The translations under genes were made by a program, and so were the position numbers. A stretch of DNA of 64,000 bases from Phoronis australis (taxonomy: Eukaryota; Animalia; Phoronida): contig NMRA01000150.1 in assembly GCA_002633005.1 (NCBI GenBank), forward strand, positions 202,434 through 266,433, read 5' to 3'. Below the pieces are notes generated by a model. It had not been told where the DNA came from. It saw only the letters and a program-made list of their open reading frames with translations, and ran no database searches. This document shows positions 12,401 through 26,900 of this stretch, piece by piece. Positions within the stretch are counted from its first letter, which is position 1, and every line of letters begins with the position of its first letter.

Positions 12401-15063
12401 CACTAAGACTATTCTTTATTAGACTAAATTGCTGAAAACTGAGCGACAATCTGGCAATTTCCCTCCTACATACGTTGGACATCTAATGCAGTGATTGTAG
12501 TAATGGCATGTTACTTGATAGTGTTTGCAGGTATCTAATCTTTGAATGTGAATTTGAACTAAAAATTTTTATTATTAGCTTCTTTTATTAACTCATAATT
12601 TGAATGTATGTTCGAGTACATTGTGTTGCACTAATCAGTGTGTTTTTGATGCTGATTTTGTTAAATGCAGTCTAATGTAATTTTTAAAACAATTTTCTAT
12701 TGTTTGCTCTTTCAACGATGTTGCTTGAGGAGTTACTGCACGCATGCAATCCACACACAAGGAGTATTTTTAGACGATGTGAAAAATGCAGAAAGATTTT
12801 ACCTAACAATCAGTGTTGAACCGTTTTTAACAAAATGATCTTCACCAGAGAGGCACGACTGCCAAATTATACTATGATCAGTGTGTTTTCTAGTTTACAC
12901 CTAGATGACTAGTAGATTGAAGGTGCAGACTGAAGTAAAATTTCAAACTTGAACTTGTCGGGGTGGTCAAGTGCAAACCTGTATTAGCTTTGCATCTGCA
13001 TAAATCGGATTTTACTTGGCTACAAATTCAATTTCTTTTGTCCTGTACCCTCGCAAAAAATAAATTACAGAATACATTCAGAAAAATCAGGAACCCCAAC
13101 TAGAGACCTGTGGTTTGATTACCAGTTGGGCTTCCTGATTTTTCTGTGTTTATTTGATACCTTTCACTACTGGCCAACCTCAGCGTCTATGTATTTACTA
13201 TAAAGAATACATTGGAATTCAAAAATTAGAAATCCAGGCCAGAAACACTCTCATTTCAACAATAGTCACACCAGGTGGATGCCTGTTATTCAGAGGAGAA
13301 AACTGGTTCTCATGCTGTAAGTGACTATTACTGTCAGCAGATGACTTGTTTCTTCTCTTGCTAGAGAAGAGCTGCAGAAACAACATGCGACTGCAGAGTA
13401 TGTGAGAAGGCACAAAGCAGGGAAAACTGACGAAGCACGAGCAGATCTAGCAAGACTTGCCATTATACGCAAAGAGAGAGAGGAGGCAGCTAAAAAACGA
13501 GAAGAAGAACGGAAAGGTGAGTTGAAATGTGTGATGCAAACTCAATTAGCTTTTGTTGTTCAGTCATGAGGGGTGAAGACTGAGGAACCCAGCAATACCA
13601 CTCATTTTCTAATGTGAAGTTGCCAGTCCTATAAGTTGTTGTTTTTTCACTTGTTTTTTCTGTCTAGGTGATATATTGAATAACAATTATCAGCTTTGCT
13701 GTGCTGAATTTTTATGTCTGTTTTTTTACCGTCAGCTCTCTGGGCACACGGGCATTTTGTGTCCACTGGTATATCTCCTGAACTCTGGTAGCATCTTCAT
13801 GATATTTGTGTCCACTGGTATATCTCCTGAACTCTGGTAGCTTCTTCATGATATTTGTGTCCACTGGTATATCTCCTGAACTCTGGTAGCATCTTCATTA
13901 TATTTGTGTCCACTGGTATATCTCCTGAACTCTGGTAGCATCTTCATGATATTTGCCGGATGTGTTACTGTGAAGCAGACGACGGATGACAATGGCCTTC
14001 GGAAAGATTGGACTCCCGCTGTGCTTCTTGGTTGGAATTTTAGTTCTTTACATTGGCCTCTGTATCTACCAAGTTTCTTGCCATCATTTCTGACTGGGTG
14101 TTTGTTGTGCCCCTCCTTATCTCCCAAGTTCCTTGATAAGCCTTTGGCAGGTGTGTTTCTAAATCATGAAGATCATGGTACCGTCTCACTGTGGGGCAGA
14201 TCCGACCAGTACTGCTCCAACTGATGGCAGTTTTGATTGGATGTCTGTTTTTATTGTCCACTTCTTTGCCTTCCCAGCTGATTTAGATTATCAGAAAGTC
14301 GTATTGAGTATTGCATGTATAACGTTGAGTTTTGGACAAGTCTGGCTACTGCTGGGACCCTCTAGTGTTGTGTCTTCCTCCATATTTTCAAAATCCTTGA
14401 TGAATCTTCATGAAATTTGACAGGTGTGTTTCTATCCTAGCAAGGATGGCACGTGCTCATATTTGGATGATTCCAACCTGTGCTGCTCTCCTTAGTGTCA
14501 ATTTTGGGTTAGTGATATCTGGTTTTTTTTTACTTCTGCCTCTTTCTTTGCCAAACTGCTTAAGGATTGTCGTGAAATTTAGGTGTGCTGATTTTGAGGA
14601 TTATATGGCTAACATTGGTTTTGGACGGTTTTAACTACTGTTGTGCCCCCACAGGGGTCTATTCAAAGTAATTACTACTCCTTGCTTTTAAGTAGTGTTG
14701 TACCCCCTGTGGTCCATGTAAAGTGATAAGCACCCCTTGGTTTTTACATACTGCTGCACCTCCCCCACAGTGGTCTATTTCAAGTAGTGATCACCTATTA
14801 GTTTTAGGTACTGCTATACCCTCAGTGATCTCTTAAAATACTAATCAGCCACGGTGGGTGCATATCAATGACTTCGGAATGTCATTGATTGTTAAGGTGT
14901 GTGAGCATGCGCATCTTATCAATTCAATCTTCGACTGGACTTGTTCAAACATAAGGAGTGTACTAAGCATTGTCAGCATTATCAACACATAGTACGTGGT
15001 TATTTTATCTCCTTGGTCTTTACAGCAAAAGAAGCTGCCAAGGCCAAAGGCGGCAAGTCATAG
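9307..15063 (+). CDS. PDAP1: PDGFA-associated protein 1 / 28 kDa heat- and acid-stable phosphoprotein (spliced; first coding exon not found)
   Basis: Exons 9307-9407, 10868-10966, 11289-11419, 13365-13516 and 15026-15063 join in phase through GT-AG sites. The product is [22 protein letters not shown]...[31 protein letters not shown]...ELSRREREELQKQ...[45 protein letters not shown], with the hallmark PP28 motifs [14 protein letters not shown], ELSRRERE and [11 protein letters not shown]. Confidence 0.95.
10868..10966 (+). CDS. PDAP1: PDAP1 coding exon (acidic, Ser-rich)
   Basis: catatag|CGT...GAG|gtactg; [33 protein letters not shown], 99 nt, phase 0/0. Confidence 0.88.
11289..11419 (+). CDS. 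PDAP1: PDAP1 coding exon
   Basis: aag|GTG...GAAAG|gtttgt; [43 protein letters not shown](R). Confidence 0.93.
11415..11675. repeat. Tandem repeat, 87 bp x3, containing the PDAP1 exon donor site
   Basis: GAAAG|GTTTGT junctions after 11419, 11506 and 11593. Confidence 0.95.
13365..13516 (+). CDS. PDAP1: PDAP1 coding exon
   Basis: cttgctag|A...AAAG|gtgagt; [50 protein letters not shown]. Confidence 0.95.
13720..14630 (-). mobile_element. Diverged HINE/Helentron-like relative in a PDAP1 intron
   Basis: The minus strand shares motifs with the 51480-52924 family (aaatttcatgaa, gatacagagg..aa.gtaaa, gtcggatctg, acactagaggg). Confidence 0.45.
13757..13955. repeat. Minisatellite, 49 bp x4
   Basis: tttgtgtccactggtatatctcctgaactctggtagcatcttcatgata at 13757, 13806, 13855 and 13904. 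Confidence 0.95.
15026..15063 (+). CDS. PDAP1: PDAP1 last coding exon
   Basis: ctttacag|CA AAA GAA GCT...TCA TAG; (A)[11 protein letters not shown]; phase matches the upstream exon. Confidence 0.85.
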
Positions 15064-15661
15064 TACAACACCTTACCACATGTGTGATGACTGTCATCCA
15101 CTGACCATATGACTACAGTGACTGCTTGGTTTCCATCTGCTACCATTGTTGGTGAAGTTTATCTCAAGTTGATCAATCTGGCATTTATTGAAATATGATC
15201 TCTTCTGTATGTTGCTAGCAAAAGTTCAATAGAACGAGTGGAACTAAAATATTACACACGTTAATTGTACAGATAAAATAGGCAAATATGTACTGTTGGT
15301 AATTTGCAATATTTCGTAAAATCAACCATTTTGCAGTTGTGGTCTATTCATTAGGTGTAATATTTTTTCATTTCACCTTCCATTGAGGAAAAGTTCACAT
15401 GCTCAGTGTTTTGTTAGGAGTCTTTTAGATTTGATATTCAGATTTTTCAGTCACCAATGGCTTACATATTTTATTTCGGCGTTGTCAGATGTACTTTTTA
15501 ACTTCTTGTAGGTTTTTATGCAATAATGACACTCTGTATCATTAATTGTTGAATTGCAGAGTTGTGATCAATTTGGTGACTCTGGTCACCGATATTTTTG
15601 CTGAACTGCTGAATTCAGATGGAGACATGGCATATGGTAGTGGTATTAATTGGTCCATTCA

Positions 15662-15751
15662 CTGATTTAAAGGCAGCCATCAGATAGAGTGTGTTCTGAG
15701 GATTATCTGATTTAAAGGCAGCCATCAGATAGAGTGTGTTCTGAGGATTAT
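15662..15751. repeat. 45-bp direct duplication in the putative PDAP1 3' UTR
   Basis: ctgatttaaaggcagccatcagatagagtgtgttctgaggattat x2. Confidence 0.9.
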
Positions 15752-15873
15752 CGGAATTGTACTCATTTTTGTCAGTGTTCATGTATGTGGAAACTTAACA
15801 AAAAAAAACACCCATCTGCAACCAACCCTTGCAAAATTGTCAAAGGTATGTGGTTGCTGTTATGTATCAATTA

Positions 15874-15887
15874 AATAAATTAATAAA
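15874..15887 (+). promoter_or_regulatory. Candidate PDAP1 polyadenylation signals (tandem AATAAA)
   Basis: aataaattaataaa about 810 nt after the PDAP1 stop. Confidence 0.45.
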
Positions 15888-16771
15888 TGTTTCAAGTTTC
15901 ACACTTCTAACTTGTCCAGGATTCCTATTATTCACTAGACTTGTTTAAGGTTATGAGAGTCCCAGAATTGTCTATACTTAGAACTTAACATCTCGGGAAT
16001 AACAGACTAGGTTCATACGAAACCTTCAGATACTAATGCTTTTTGTACACTGTTCTCCAAACCGCCGTTAGGAATTATGTTAATGTTATATTAATTGACA
16101 CACTTTTGCATGAGGGCTATTAAAATGGAACCGGTTTTTATAAAAATGCAAAAATTTGCTTAAAATAAGTTAGATAACTTTAACTGTAACGAAATTTGAA
16201 AGATTTCAACTTGAACATTTATATAAAATGAAGTTGGGTTGTGTTATTGATACTTGTTCTGCTGTGGTTGTTCCTTTCTTTTTGCTGAATTTTACGTGCA
16301 TGTTAACATGACCCAATCTACAACAGATTGGTATGAAGTCAACAATCAAATTCTGCTGGCTTTCTGATTTCAGTAAGTATATTCTTTTCTTGAGATAAAT
16401 TCTAGTTTAAATTTGCAGATATTTGGTTTAATGCAGGGATGTCCATAAGGTCATGCGGAACCTTGTTACAATCTGAACTGAATGCCCGCTTAGTCAGCCA
16501 CACGTTAACATTTGTTCCATGCTAGTTGTATGTTGGTAACTAGATCATGTCACCCAGTTCTAAATTGGCCTGTTCCTTGCAAGAGATAAATGGGACATTG
16601 CTGTCAACAGAGGGTGCACTACAGGAAAATAGTCTGTTGACCTTGAACAAAGTATTGGTTAGGACGTGCTGGTTTGTGCCTCTGAGAAAGATGTTTTTGT
16701 TTGTGTGGGATGTGATAACAAAACTGATTTATTCAGTGTAATTAGGCCACTGGTCCCTTTTCCAGAAATAA

Positions 16772-16774
<3 letters not shown>

Positions 16775-16819
<45 letters not shown>
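16775..16819. repeat. (CA)n microsatellite
   Basis: About 22 CA units. Confidence 0.98.
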
Positions 16820-16823
<4 letters not shown>

Positions 16824-17877
16824 TGGTTTAAACAAAATGCAAAGAGAGAAAAAACAAAAGTAATACATAAACTAAAATTCAACAGCTCCATTTCCCTGCA
16901 TGAAAAAAGGAACTTGGCTACATTCATTACGACATTAAAATCTTGTGAACTCGAGAAACAAAAAAGTACTACATCTATTACAACAACTAGAATGCTGAAT
17001 TTTCGTCGCAGGTTCACACACAAAAGGCACACCAACAAGAAATGACATTCACTCTCAATAGCTCTCGTCTCACGAGGGCATAATCTCTTGTAATTTTAAG
17101 GCTTCTTTCCATCTCAACCATCAACATGTGATTTGCACGTCCAAATTGCACCAGTGTTCGTCTGTGAATAGCACATTTTAGGTTTGAAAAATAATGCTTT
17201 TAACACGAGTGTTGGCTTGAATAATCTATACACATCTAACTTGCTCAATCATGAAACGTTTTTGTGCCACATCTGATAGCGCTGTTCAAAAAAGCTTAAA
17301 AATGGTCTCGTCTCCAATTCCTTGGGAGCACCAAGCAATTCCAATACCATAGGAAAACGGAGTATTTTTAACTTTAATGAGTGTAGTAAATGGCAAGTCA
17401 ATGCCCACAATACTTATGTTTGTGTGGCTGAAGTGTGCCCACCTCACTGCTAGCACGCTATCGCGGCCATATTTATAGCTTTTTATGGTTGTATAAAACC
17501 TTAAGCCACATTATATTTCATAAATGTCAACAGTACACTGGTTTAGCATGAAATATCACAGCATATTTCGATGACTGTTTGAAAGAATAGGTGTGTGACA
17601 CAATACAAGATGGGTTGTGCTAAACCGTACTATACACTGGGATGATACCAGTTGATCTACCAATCAACACAAATTGAAACGCACTTTAAACTATATTATA
17701 TGTTGTATTTGTACTTTTGGCCATGCATCTTGCAACAAATACTTTTGTTCAAAATTAGCTGCCAAAATTTCTAACAATATCAAAAATAGCAACAAAATAA
17801 AAATTTGACTTAAACCAGTATTCATCCAGACTGAAAATGAAATTAGGCCTTTTATTCTCATAAAATTGGTCTCCTAG

Positions 17878-17991
17878 TATACCCGACTGTGGTCTCATAA
17901 TATACCTGGCTGTGGTCTCGTAATATACCTGGCTGTGGTCTCATAAGATACCCAACTGTGGTCTCGTAATATACCTGACTGTGGTCTCATA
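17878..17991. repeat. Minisatellite, 23 bp x about 5
   Basis: tatacctggctgtggtctcgtaa variants in tandem. Confidence 0.9.
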
Positions 17992-20900
17992 GTCCTTACA
18001 GTTATGAGATTCTATTTCCATCACCAAAAACATCAGAACCATCAACAACTTGAAAAAACACTTCAGCCCTAATTGGGATTGGCCAACGAAGGGTGCATTT
18101 CCCGTGAACTGAGTTGCTGGCTCATTTGGCAACATTTCAAAATCGGCTGAGCATAGCAATGTTTTCAAACCTCAGAGTGCCTCAGTCAAGAATTCAACTC
18201 TTAACAGCTAAAAGGGTCGAAATGCCTCTTTAAACACAATATTTACCATCAATGTTAGAAAGTCAAAAAAATATGAACCTGGACCATCTTAGACCCACTT
18301 CAAACGGTCCTAAATACAAAGATTTTCCTCCTTAAATACATGGACATGTGGACAGATGAATGAACTAGTTTTATTGCCCTCACCACATTCATAATATATT
18401 CTAAGAGTGTCTTCCTAATGTTTAGTATGTTCATACACTTAAAATGACAACAAACCCACCTTACATCACTAGATCACTTATCATCACCATGAAATTGCCC
18501 TTAAAGTCAATTTTTAGGTAATAATAGGGCTCCAAAGGAACTGTTCTCGTTTACTGCTCAAGATAAGGCGCCTTGTCATGATGTGCCACTTTATACACTG
18601 AGCAGGTCTGAAGAATGAATTATCAGTTTTCAGAGATCACTTCTCATCAGAGTAAGGAATAACTCGAGACCAATTTTATAGTGGTACATGGCTGGTCTAA
18701 ATCAAAAGTTCACTTCTTGGACAAAAAACGGGTTGACAGGCACTTAAAACAAAATTTTTACTAAACAATAACTATTCTGTAGTTTGTGATAGTGAATAAT
18801 TTTGCTCACAGTAGGAGTTGTACCAAAATTTAGCAATACAGGCCGTCCCTAAAGAAGAATCACCAGACGAATTTGCATTTTGAACAATTTAATCTCAGAC
18901 TTTGTTGATACAAATTTCAGTGTCCTATATTTGAGAAATACGAAGAATACCAAAATTACCTATGTCCCAATATTCAGAATCCAGAAAATTCCGTTTTGGG
19001 GTAAATTTCAAGGTCCCAAACTTTAGAAACTGTCCCAAATTGGAGAATTTATACCATTAATTAAATGGATGGCACTCCATCACTATATAAATTGCAGTAA
19101 ATCAAACTTGCAATAACTTGTGTGTGATAACTCTTCAGCTACTTTACATTAAGCACAACTGACGAAACTCGTTATTTTTCGATTTTAAAAGGTTGATTTT
19201 GAATAATGTGTCATTCTAATACAGCTGCATACATGCCGACTAATGTAATATAACTTAGAGACACCACAATAGTTGGACACATAACACTTTCTCAACAATT
19301 TTTGACAAAATCACCAACTTTTGAATTGAACAACTAATTGGTCTCAACTAGTCCACTGGCAAGGTTATAACAAATTTCTGGGCTTCAAGAACAAATGACA
19401 GTGTACATTACCATAAAGGACTGAACTCAAATTAGCACCTTGTGACACTTATTTATTTTTGTGCTAAAAGTAGAGCAGAGTTCTTTAGGGCTAGTTTCTT
19501 GCGAGTTTGGTGAGATATGTCCACGTATTACGAGCAAAACATGCAATTGTGCTAGCTTTGACTCGCGAGTATCTCGCTTTTCAGAATGGGGCCTCGGGGT
19601 AAGGGCAGGGCTGTCTCCATTACCAAGCACCAGGTGGACTTACTATTACATAACTTCAGGTGTAACGTGCCATCAATAACAATATTCAAAATATATGTCA
19701 TACCAAGTAAGTAGAACATTACAAACTTTATGCATTTTAATCAGCCTTCTAAAGAGGAGACCACAGAATGGTTCAATTGTTTCAGTGGCCAGAAGTGAGA
19801 TGTATGCTAGCTGTCCTTCATTCATTCTTGAAGTATCTAAATAATTAGGTAATGATGAGGGATGTTGAAAGGTACTGTTTAATGTTCAAGATGTCAGATG
19901 CGTTTCCTAAAATAGTCCTAGAGTTCCACAGGTCGCTCGAACACCACCTACAAAGTTTGAATGAGAGGGAATATTTCCCCTAAAAGAGGTCCCACCCAAG
20001 AAGTACTTGTATTCTCTAAAACAATGTCATAGAATGAAACTTGAAGATTATTAAAATCCATCATGCATTGACCTAGTAAACAATGATTATAGTTCATAGT
20101 TTGTAACAGCTTTAAACAGCTCACTGCTAAGATGCCAATATACTGGAATGTATAAATCCACACACAGCTAGACTCTTAACAATAATCCCATACAGGTGAA
20201 CAGTTTTATGTTCTCCATTCAAATAAGGTATAACCATTTCTTCAGTAGTACAACATAGTCAATATGGAGTCTCTCTCACCTGACAGCTCAAAAGTTAACA
20301 AGTGTTTCTGACGTCCAGTCCGTCTCTTTACATGAACAGTCTGTCCCTGTGCCAACCATATTCAGCAAAAGCAAATCTCATTCACAATAACAGATCTGTT
20401 AACATAACTTTGTTAGTCTCTCAATGTGTCGACATTTTTAAGTGACTCAAGCTAAGCAAGACAGATAAGCAAAATATGAGAAAATAATTATAATGATAAA
20501 AAATACAATTCATCTATTATACAAAGTAACGTAAGATGTAAAATTTATAAAAATGGAATAATTCTCAAAAGGGAAAAACTGGTTGATAAACAGATTTTTT
20601 TCGTACATTGCCAAGCACTATAACAAACATATGGCATTGAGCAATGTTCCTGTTTTTCAAGTTACTGCTGCCATTTGGTATAACCTTTAACCTTACACAA
20701 AGAATTTTAAGTTATGTAAGCCCATGCCATACAGTGCTAGTAAAAATGCGAGTATTCTGATATTATGATGTCAGTTTCTTCCTGCAACACTTTTGATCTC
20801 AGACTCGTGAGATTATTGTAAACTCATGGGTTAACACCTTAGGCATTTGGGAAAACCTTTGGCAGGGGGGTGAGCACTTACCCAAGCAATGGGCGCTTAA

Positions 20901-23285
20901 AATGAACAATTGCCCAAAAGTCGGGGGTGGGCGTTTACACGAGCATGGGCGTTAACCCGCAAGTTTACGTTATGTGTTGACGGGGTGGAGGTTTGTTCAT
21001 CCATTGAAACTGGTAACTGTCACAGTCTTTGAAATCCTGGCATTCCCAAAAATTCCTCACCCACTAAAAATGAGAAAGCAGAATGTAACACAAGTGAACC
21101 ATAACTGTGGCACTGTAGAAGTTATTCAATATAATTATCTTTTTAGGTATGAATATAGGCCACTTTTGACCCAGCCAACATGTTATGTTATTTGCAGGCA
21201 ACCAAGATCATCATTTCAAAGTGGTACACCAGCACAACAAACATCAAAAATATTGTTACCAGCATGAAGACATAACTAGAAGCCAGGTCAAAAGGTGAAA
21301 CACCATTTTTGGCATTTTTCCAAAAAGAATTGCAAAAATATTGTTTTGTTGAGAAGAAAATAACTACCGGTAATGTCACAGAATGTGATCATCAGTTTCG
21401 TGCTTGTTTTATGACTTACAATGATAACATACTTATACTTTGAAAATTTTCCCTTCAAGGCACACCATCAGAAATCCACACATACTTGGCCAGGTACACT
21501 ACTGATTTATAGATGACACTGGTCAAAAACCCGTAGTTTCATTCGCATTTTGAAAAGTTACAGACCTGTTTTTGTTGCCATGAATTCATATCGGGCTGAC
21601 GATAAATGATCACCAGTCTGATATCAGTCTGATCATTGATCATAGAAAACTTATTATTATTACTTATCATTGCTCACTAAGGAAAAAGCCTTCCATGAAA
21701 AGTCACATTTAGTCATTTTTATATGAATTCATACCAATCACTTCTATAAATTCATATGAATGACAAAATATAACGTGAACAGTTGATAAACATTCATATA
21801 ACAATGTTTTATGATGAAATCACGATCAACCAAAATTGACTGTATACCAGGGGGTTCCGAAATTCATGTCCGGCCCAAGGGCAATACAACTAAAGTACAC
21901 CTATAATTTCTGTGGTGGGCTTGAAACATATTCAAAGATTGCTATTTATTGACAAACCATTCTGTCACAGCTGTGCAATAAGTCAGGAATGGGTGTGAAG
22001 AAGAAATAACCAATCACATAATGACAATTTATGAGGTTACAGTTCACAAAGGTTATGGCCGGACTTTCGTCTGGAAAACTTTTCGTAAATAGGGGGAAAA
22101 TTTGGTATCTTCAAATACATGGCTTTCAAATATTGAATTGGTGTCATTCTGTATGTAGAGATTTCAACATTCACAACCATAATTCATGGATAGTTGACAA
22201 ACTGAACAGTTCATTTTTGTATCACATTTCAAAACGACGTTAAAAGACACAAAACTAGTCGTCCTGTCCAGGTAATGTCCTCTTGTAAATCATTAATTCT
22301 TGGTGGCCTTATTGACAGTAAAGTGACAGATAGAAGTCGGGAGATCAATCCTTGCAACGAACGTGAAATTTGTTGATTAAGGTGCAATATGGCTTTTCAG
22401 TAGTCAAGATCAGATTAAAAATCAGTAAGGTTTGACTTTTTAACACTAGGAATTGCTTAGTTCAGACTGACTACGGAGAGAAAACAAGCTGTAAACCATA
22501 GACTTCACATAGACCGGGCGCGCGCCACTCAGATACATGCAGCTCGCATTGTCAATATGACGCCATAATGGAGAGTGCTACACAGGACAAAAAAGGCGGG
22601 AAACAATGGGAGCCCTACGGCATCAGTCAGGAAATACGGTGGGTCGCAGTGTTATGCCTGCAGCCAAACAGTTAAGTTTTTTGGTCCTGCCATTGAGTCA
22701 TGGGTTTTTTTGGTTCAGCCACGGAGTTTAGTGGTGATGCAACTAGGTTTTTATGTTCTGCCACCATAGTTTTAAGCGAAGCGTCTACATGCGTTGTTTC
22801 CACATCAGTCTTGGTGATTGAGGCCATATAAGATCAATTAAAAAGATAATCATTGACCAGCATATGCTGTTATCCAATGATGATGCTGTATTCTAATTAT
22901 AATTATAAGTAAATATTTGGTATTAATGACAATCATAAGTATTTTTACTTGTACTGAACACTAACATCCCCGAACTTACTCGCCAGCCATGGAAATCAGT
23001 GAATAGTGAATTCTATATTGAAATATATAACTGCTTTAAAAACTTATTTCTTAATATGTATTCCAAAATCAGATGTTTTCTGTTGTATCAAAACAAACAA
23101 ATCCCTGCAAAATCAGTACTTATGTTGAAGTTGATATTGGAAATTTTGTAGATTTGCACTGCTTGCTTACGGGCTCTCGGTTTTGTGACGAAACTTGCAC
23201 AAAAACGCAAAGTGCACAGTAAGCAAAATATCACACCTGTGCATTCAACCTTTACACAATATACAGAATTACCCACTTGAAACCG

Positions 23286-23435
23286 AATGGAAATATACCC
23301 AACCGAGCCTAATGGAAATATACCCAACCGAGCCTAATGGAAATATACCCAACCGAGCCTAATGGAAATATACGGTACCCAACCGAGCCCAATGGAAATA
23401 TACCCAACCAAACCTAATTGAAATATAACCAACCA
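23286..23435. repeat. Minisatellite, 25 bp x about 5-6
   Basis: aatggaaatatacccaaccgagcct repeated. Confidence 0.9.
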
Positions 23436-23883
23436 AGCCAATGTAGCATTATTTATGACCTAGTAAAAATGATCATGGTTAGTTTTTTCACAGGGTCTAA
23501 ATTTAATGTGAAGAATTTTCAGCTCATGAAAAAATTGCCCCACGTTACACGGTGTGGGAATACTACAATTACATGGTGTGGGGATACTACAAAACCTCAA
23601 AATGTGCCTAGTGCTTGATCAGGGGGGGGACTTCAAATCCGTGAGAGAAGAATATTTTACGTTGGCAATTCCGAGCAATGCACAGGAAAGGAACTGAGTC
23701 AGACTCTGTGTTCTTTGCTTTTTACATTACAGCGTTCTTCCGTTGAGTCTAACTCATTAAGTTGTTATATCACAACAAGTTGGGCGGATGACCGCTGTAG
23801 CCAATATCTTACACTGAAGACTGATTAAGTCCATTCTGGCAATTAAGGTTGGATGGTCAACTCTCTTTTGTTCGATACTTGCT

Positions 23884-23927
23884 CTAATCTCCGATAAGAT
23901 CGTATCTTATATCCTCACTCGGCTGTG
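23884..23927 (-). CDS. Arrestin-like gene putative last coding exon
   Basis: tttttaacag|CA...TAG; (S)QPSEDIRYDLIGD*; phase fits exon 11. Alternative: read-through of exon 11 to a stop near 24893. Confidence 0.5.
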
Positions 23928-26900
23928 CTGTTAAAAATAAGTTAAGTTATAAAATTTTTTAACATAACCCAATGACATTTCTGAATTGCCCATCAAATAC
24001 TGATCAAGCTTATAGTTTTTGAAACACCAAAATCGCCCAACTACAATCGAAGTTAAGACAATCTATTCTGTCCGAACCTACCAAAGTACTGGGTTTGACT
24101 GCGTTCACATATGATTGGTTATAAGCCTGTTAGATAATTTATCTGCATGTTGTCCTACCAGACAAAAGACTGTGGTGGGCAGTTAAGAAAGGAGCTACAT
24201 GTTATTACATGCTCACAACTGGTGTATTGAACAGGAGAACGCCCTAATGAACTTTAAAAACCTGTCATTTATTTGAGGTAATTTTTCACAGTACTTCACA
24301 TTAAATTTAGACCCCATTAAAAGTGACCCGGGTTATATTTTAATTTTACAAAGTTACCCGGGGTCATTCTTCAACACTTAGTGAAAAGGCTTATTGGGGC
24401 ACCAAGAAAGTATATCCCGAGTGAGCAGCACGTCTCCTGGATATAACGTCTTTGAATCGAGCGACACGAATTAAATGATAAATCTTAGTGGTTTCTCTTG
24501 AAAAAAATGAAAAAATAAAACGCTCGCAGTGGATTGACAGGTGTGCAGCTACTCAATCCACTCGCGAATCTGCCACTGGTTGCGATCTCCTAATAGTTTG
24601 GTATTTTCCCTATCGACTGATTAACTCTTAAGATACGCATGTAAGTGCTACATCACGTTTTTGTATGTTCTTGGAAAAAATCGCACTCTTTGGCCTCTTT
24701 ATTTGCTCGATATCGCACTTTGAAACGGACAATTTACCTCGTTTGTTTATACGGCAATTAGCCGTGTCACGTGACTAGTAGCACTCTCCAATATGGTGTC
24801 AAGTTGTCAGGGGCAGTAGCGCGTACACCCGGCCTATAGTATTACGATGTCTAGGGTGTAAACACTCCTTTTTTCTGCAAGGCATCTTCCTGCTACTTGT
24901 TGCATAATACGGAAGCTATAGAACCACAAACATCAACACTCATTAAGAAACTTTGTGGAAAATCATACTTACACAACACATACTGAGGTACTGTGCATAT
25001 AGACGGGACTTCTTTTAGGTTACAGTGATACGACCAGGGTGGAGGAAGCCAGTCCTTCCACTGAAAACAGTGCTCACATTAAGTTCTCAATGATCTTGGT
25101 TTAAATGCATAATCTTGAACAGCAATGAAAACTTGGTTCTTAGATTGTGTTTGTGACATCATTCTAACTACACAAAGGCAATCAGCAAGTAACCGAGTGC
25201 AGGCACACAGTAGGTTGTACATCAAGTAACCCAGTGCAGGCACACAGTGGGTTGTACATCAAGTAACCCAGTGCAGGCACACAGTAGGTTGTACATGGTG
25301 ATAGTTTGTGTGGTGCTCAATACCAGTTTAAATGACAGTTTTGTCTGTAATGGCTTGGTCCATTGCCACTTCCTTGTAATCTGAAGAAATTGATTAGTTT
25401 CCTTGTCTTTAGCAAATCCAAGATATTAGTAGTCAATATGTACACCATGTACACCACCACCATGTTGGTAACTGACCAGTATCTACACTCAAATCAACAC
25501 AAAAATTCCATAATGCAAAATGGTCAAGATGCAATCTTGAGGACTTCAGGGGCTTTAAACTGTACATAGTATTATCACCGATTTGAGTAGGCTAGTTCCT
25601 CAAAGGAGCAAAAGAGTGAAAACAAAATTAGACAACTCTTATCTGCACGCCATCAGCTAATATGTATGGACAAAGGATTTGCTCAGGATTTTTGACTGTC
25701 CCGAGTACATGAGCTGGCTACTCGAGATGGTCTAAAACAACAAAATTGCGTTACGATATCACACCTAAAGCACTTTGATTAATGCTACAAAGGTGTGTGT
25801 TGATATCATTAAATCTGACAATCCGTTCTCTAGATATCATCTGAAAACACTCTTCCGCCAAAAACACATAAAAAGCCACAGCCTCCCTGACCCCAGCAGG
25901 AGGGGCAGATTGAAAAACCGTTCTAGCAATGCCCTGCACTCTTGTGCAATAATTTCATCAAAATCTGATGTGGAATTTTTGAGATATCTTTGAACACCTG
26001 GACAACTGGTAAAGTGACCACAATATGCGACCACTGATACGCTATAAAATGTTAAATTTCGTGAATTGTAACAACTGTTACATTTTACGTCATTGTTACA
26101 ATTTATGTTGCTAAGCCTCTCCTAAAAGTTGTTACATTTTACGTAATTGTTATATTTTACGTTGAATGCGCATGCAAGAAATGTACCATTGTAACATTTT
26201 ATGAAACCAACATCATATCACAAAGTAAATGACTGGCAAAATCATGAACAAGTGGTATATGACATGGCCAGGGGTACTTGAGTATCTGTACACGAGTGGT
26301 ACCGCCTGAAGAAATTTGGATACCTAGCCCTTTAGAGAATGGGCTCGGACAAAAAAATGACCCATTTAGAGGTTAATTTATTTTTTTGTAAAAATTCACA
26401 TTTTGCACACAGTTTTGTTCCAGAAATTCAGAAAAGGCACCCTTTTAGATAGTATTTTGTCGAAAATGGCACTATTTTGGAGAGTATTTTTTGCTGTGAA
26501 AAACACCCTTTTGGGTGACACTTCTCATACCTCTTATCTATAGGTATACCCTACGGGTTGACACAGTATGAACTTGGCGAACCAGTATTACTGTTACTAT
26601 CACTATTATATTACTATTATTATTATCATCATTATCATTACTCTTATTATTATTACTGAATTTATTTAACAAAGACATAGTACAATATACACAATATATG
26701 CTTAGTAAAGTGCTAGTACATCATGGTCCTCAAAGATTTAAAATCATCTCATTTATTCACGAAAACAACAACGAATTTAAAACTTGACATGTTTCGGTGT
26801 CATTTATTAAACACCATCCTCAGAAGTCATAATACAGTGGCCACCTAGCTAGGCCCAGCAACAAGTAATGAAGCACAGATACAGTCAGTTACAGGGAGTG

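Noticed and set aside
20280-20346. Possible extra 3' exon on the minus strand (cag|...|gtgaga)
   Set aside because: It lies beyond the predicted stop, has a weak pyrimidine tract and shows no homology; it cannot be supported without transcripts.
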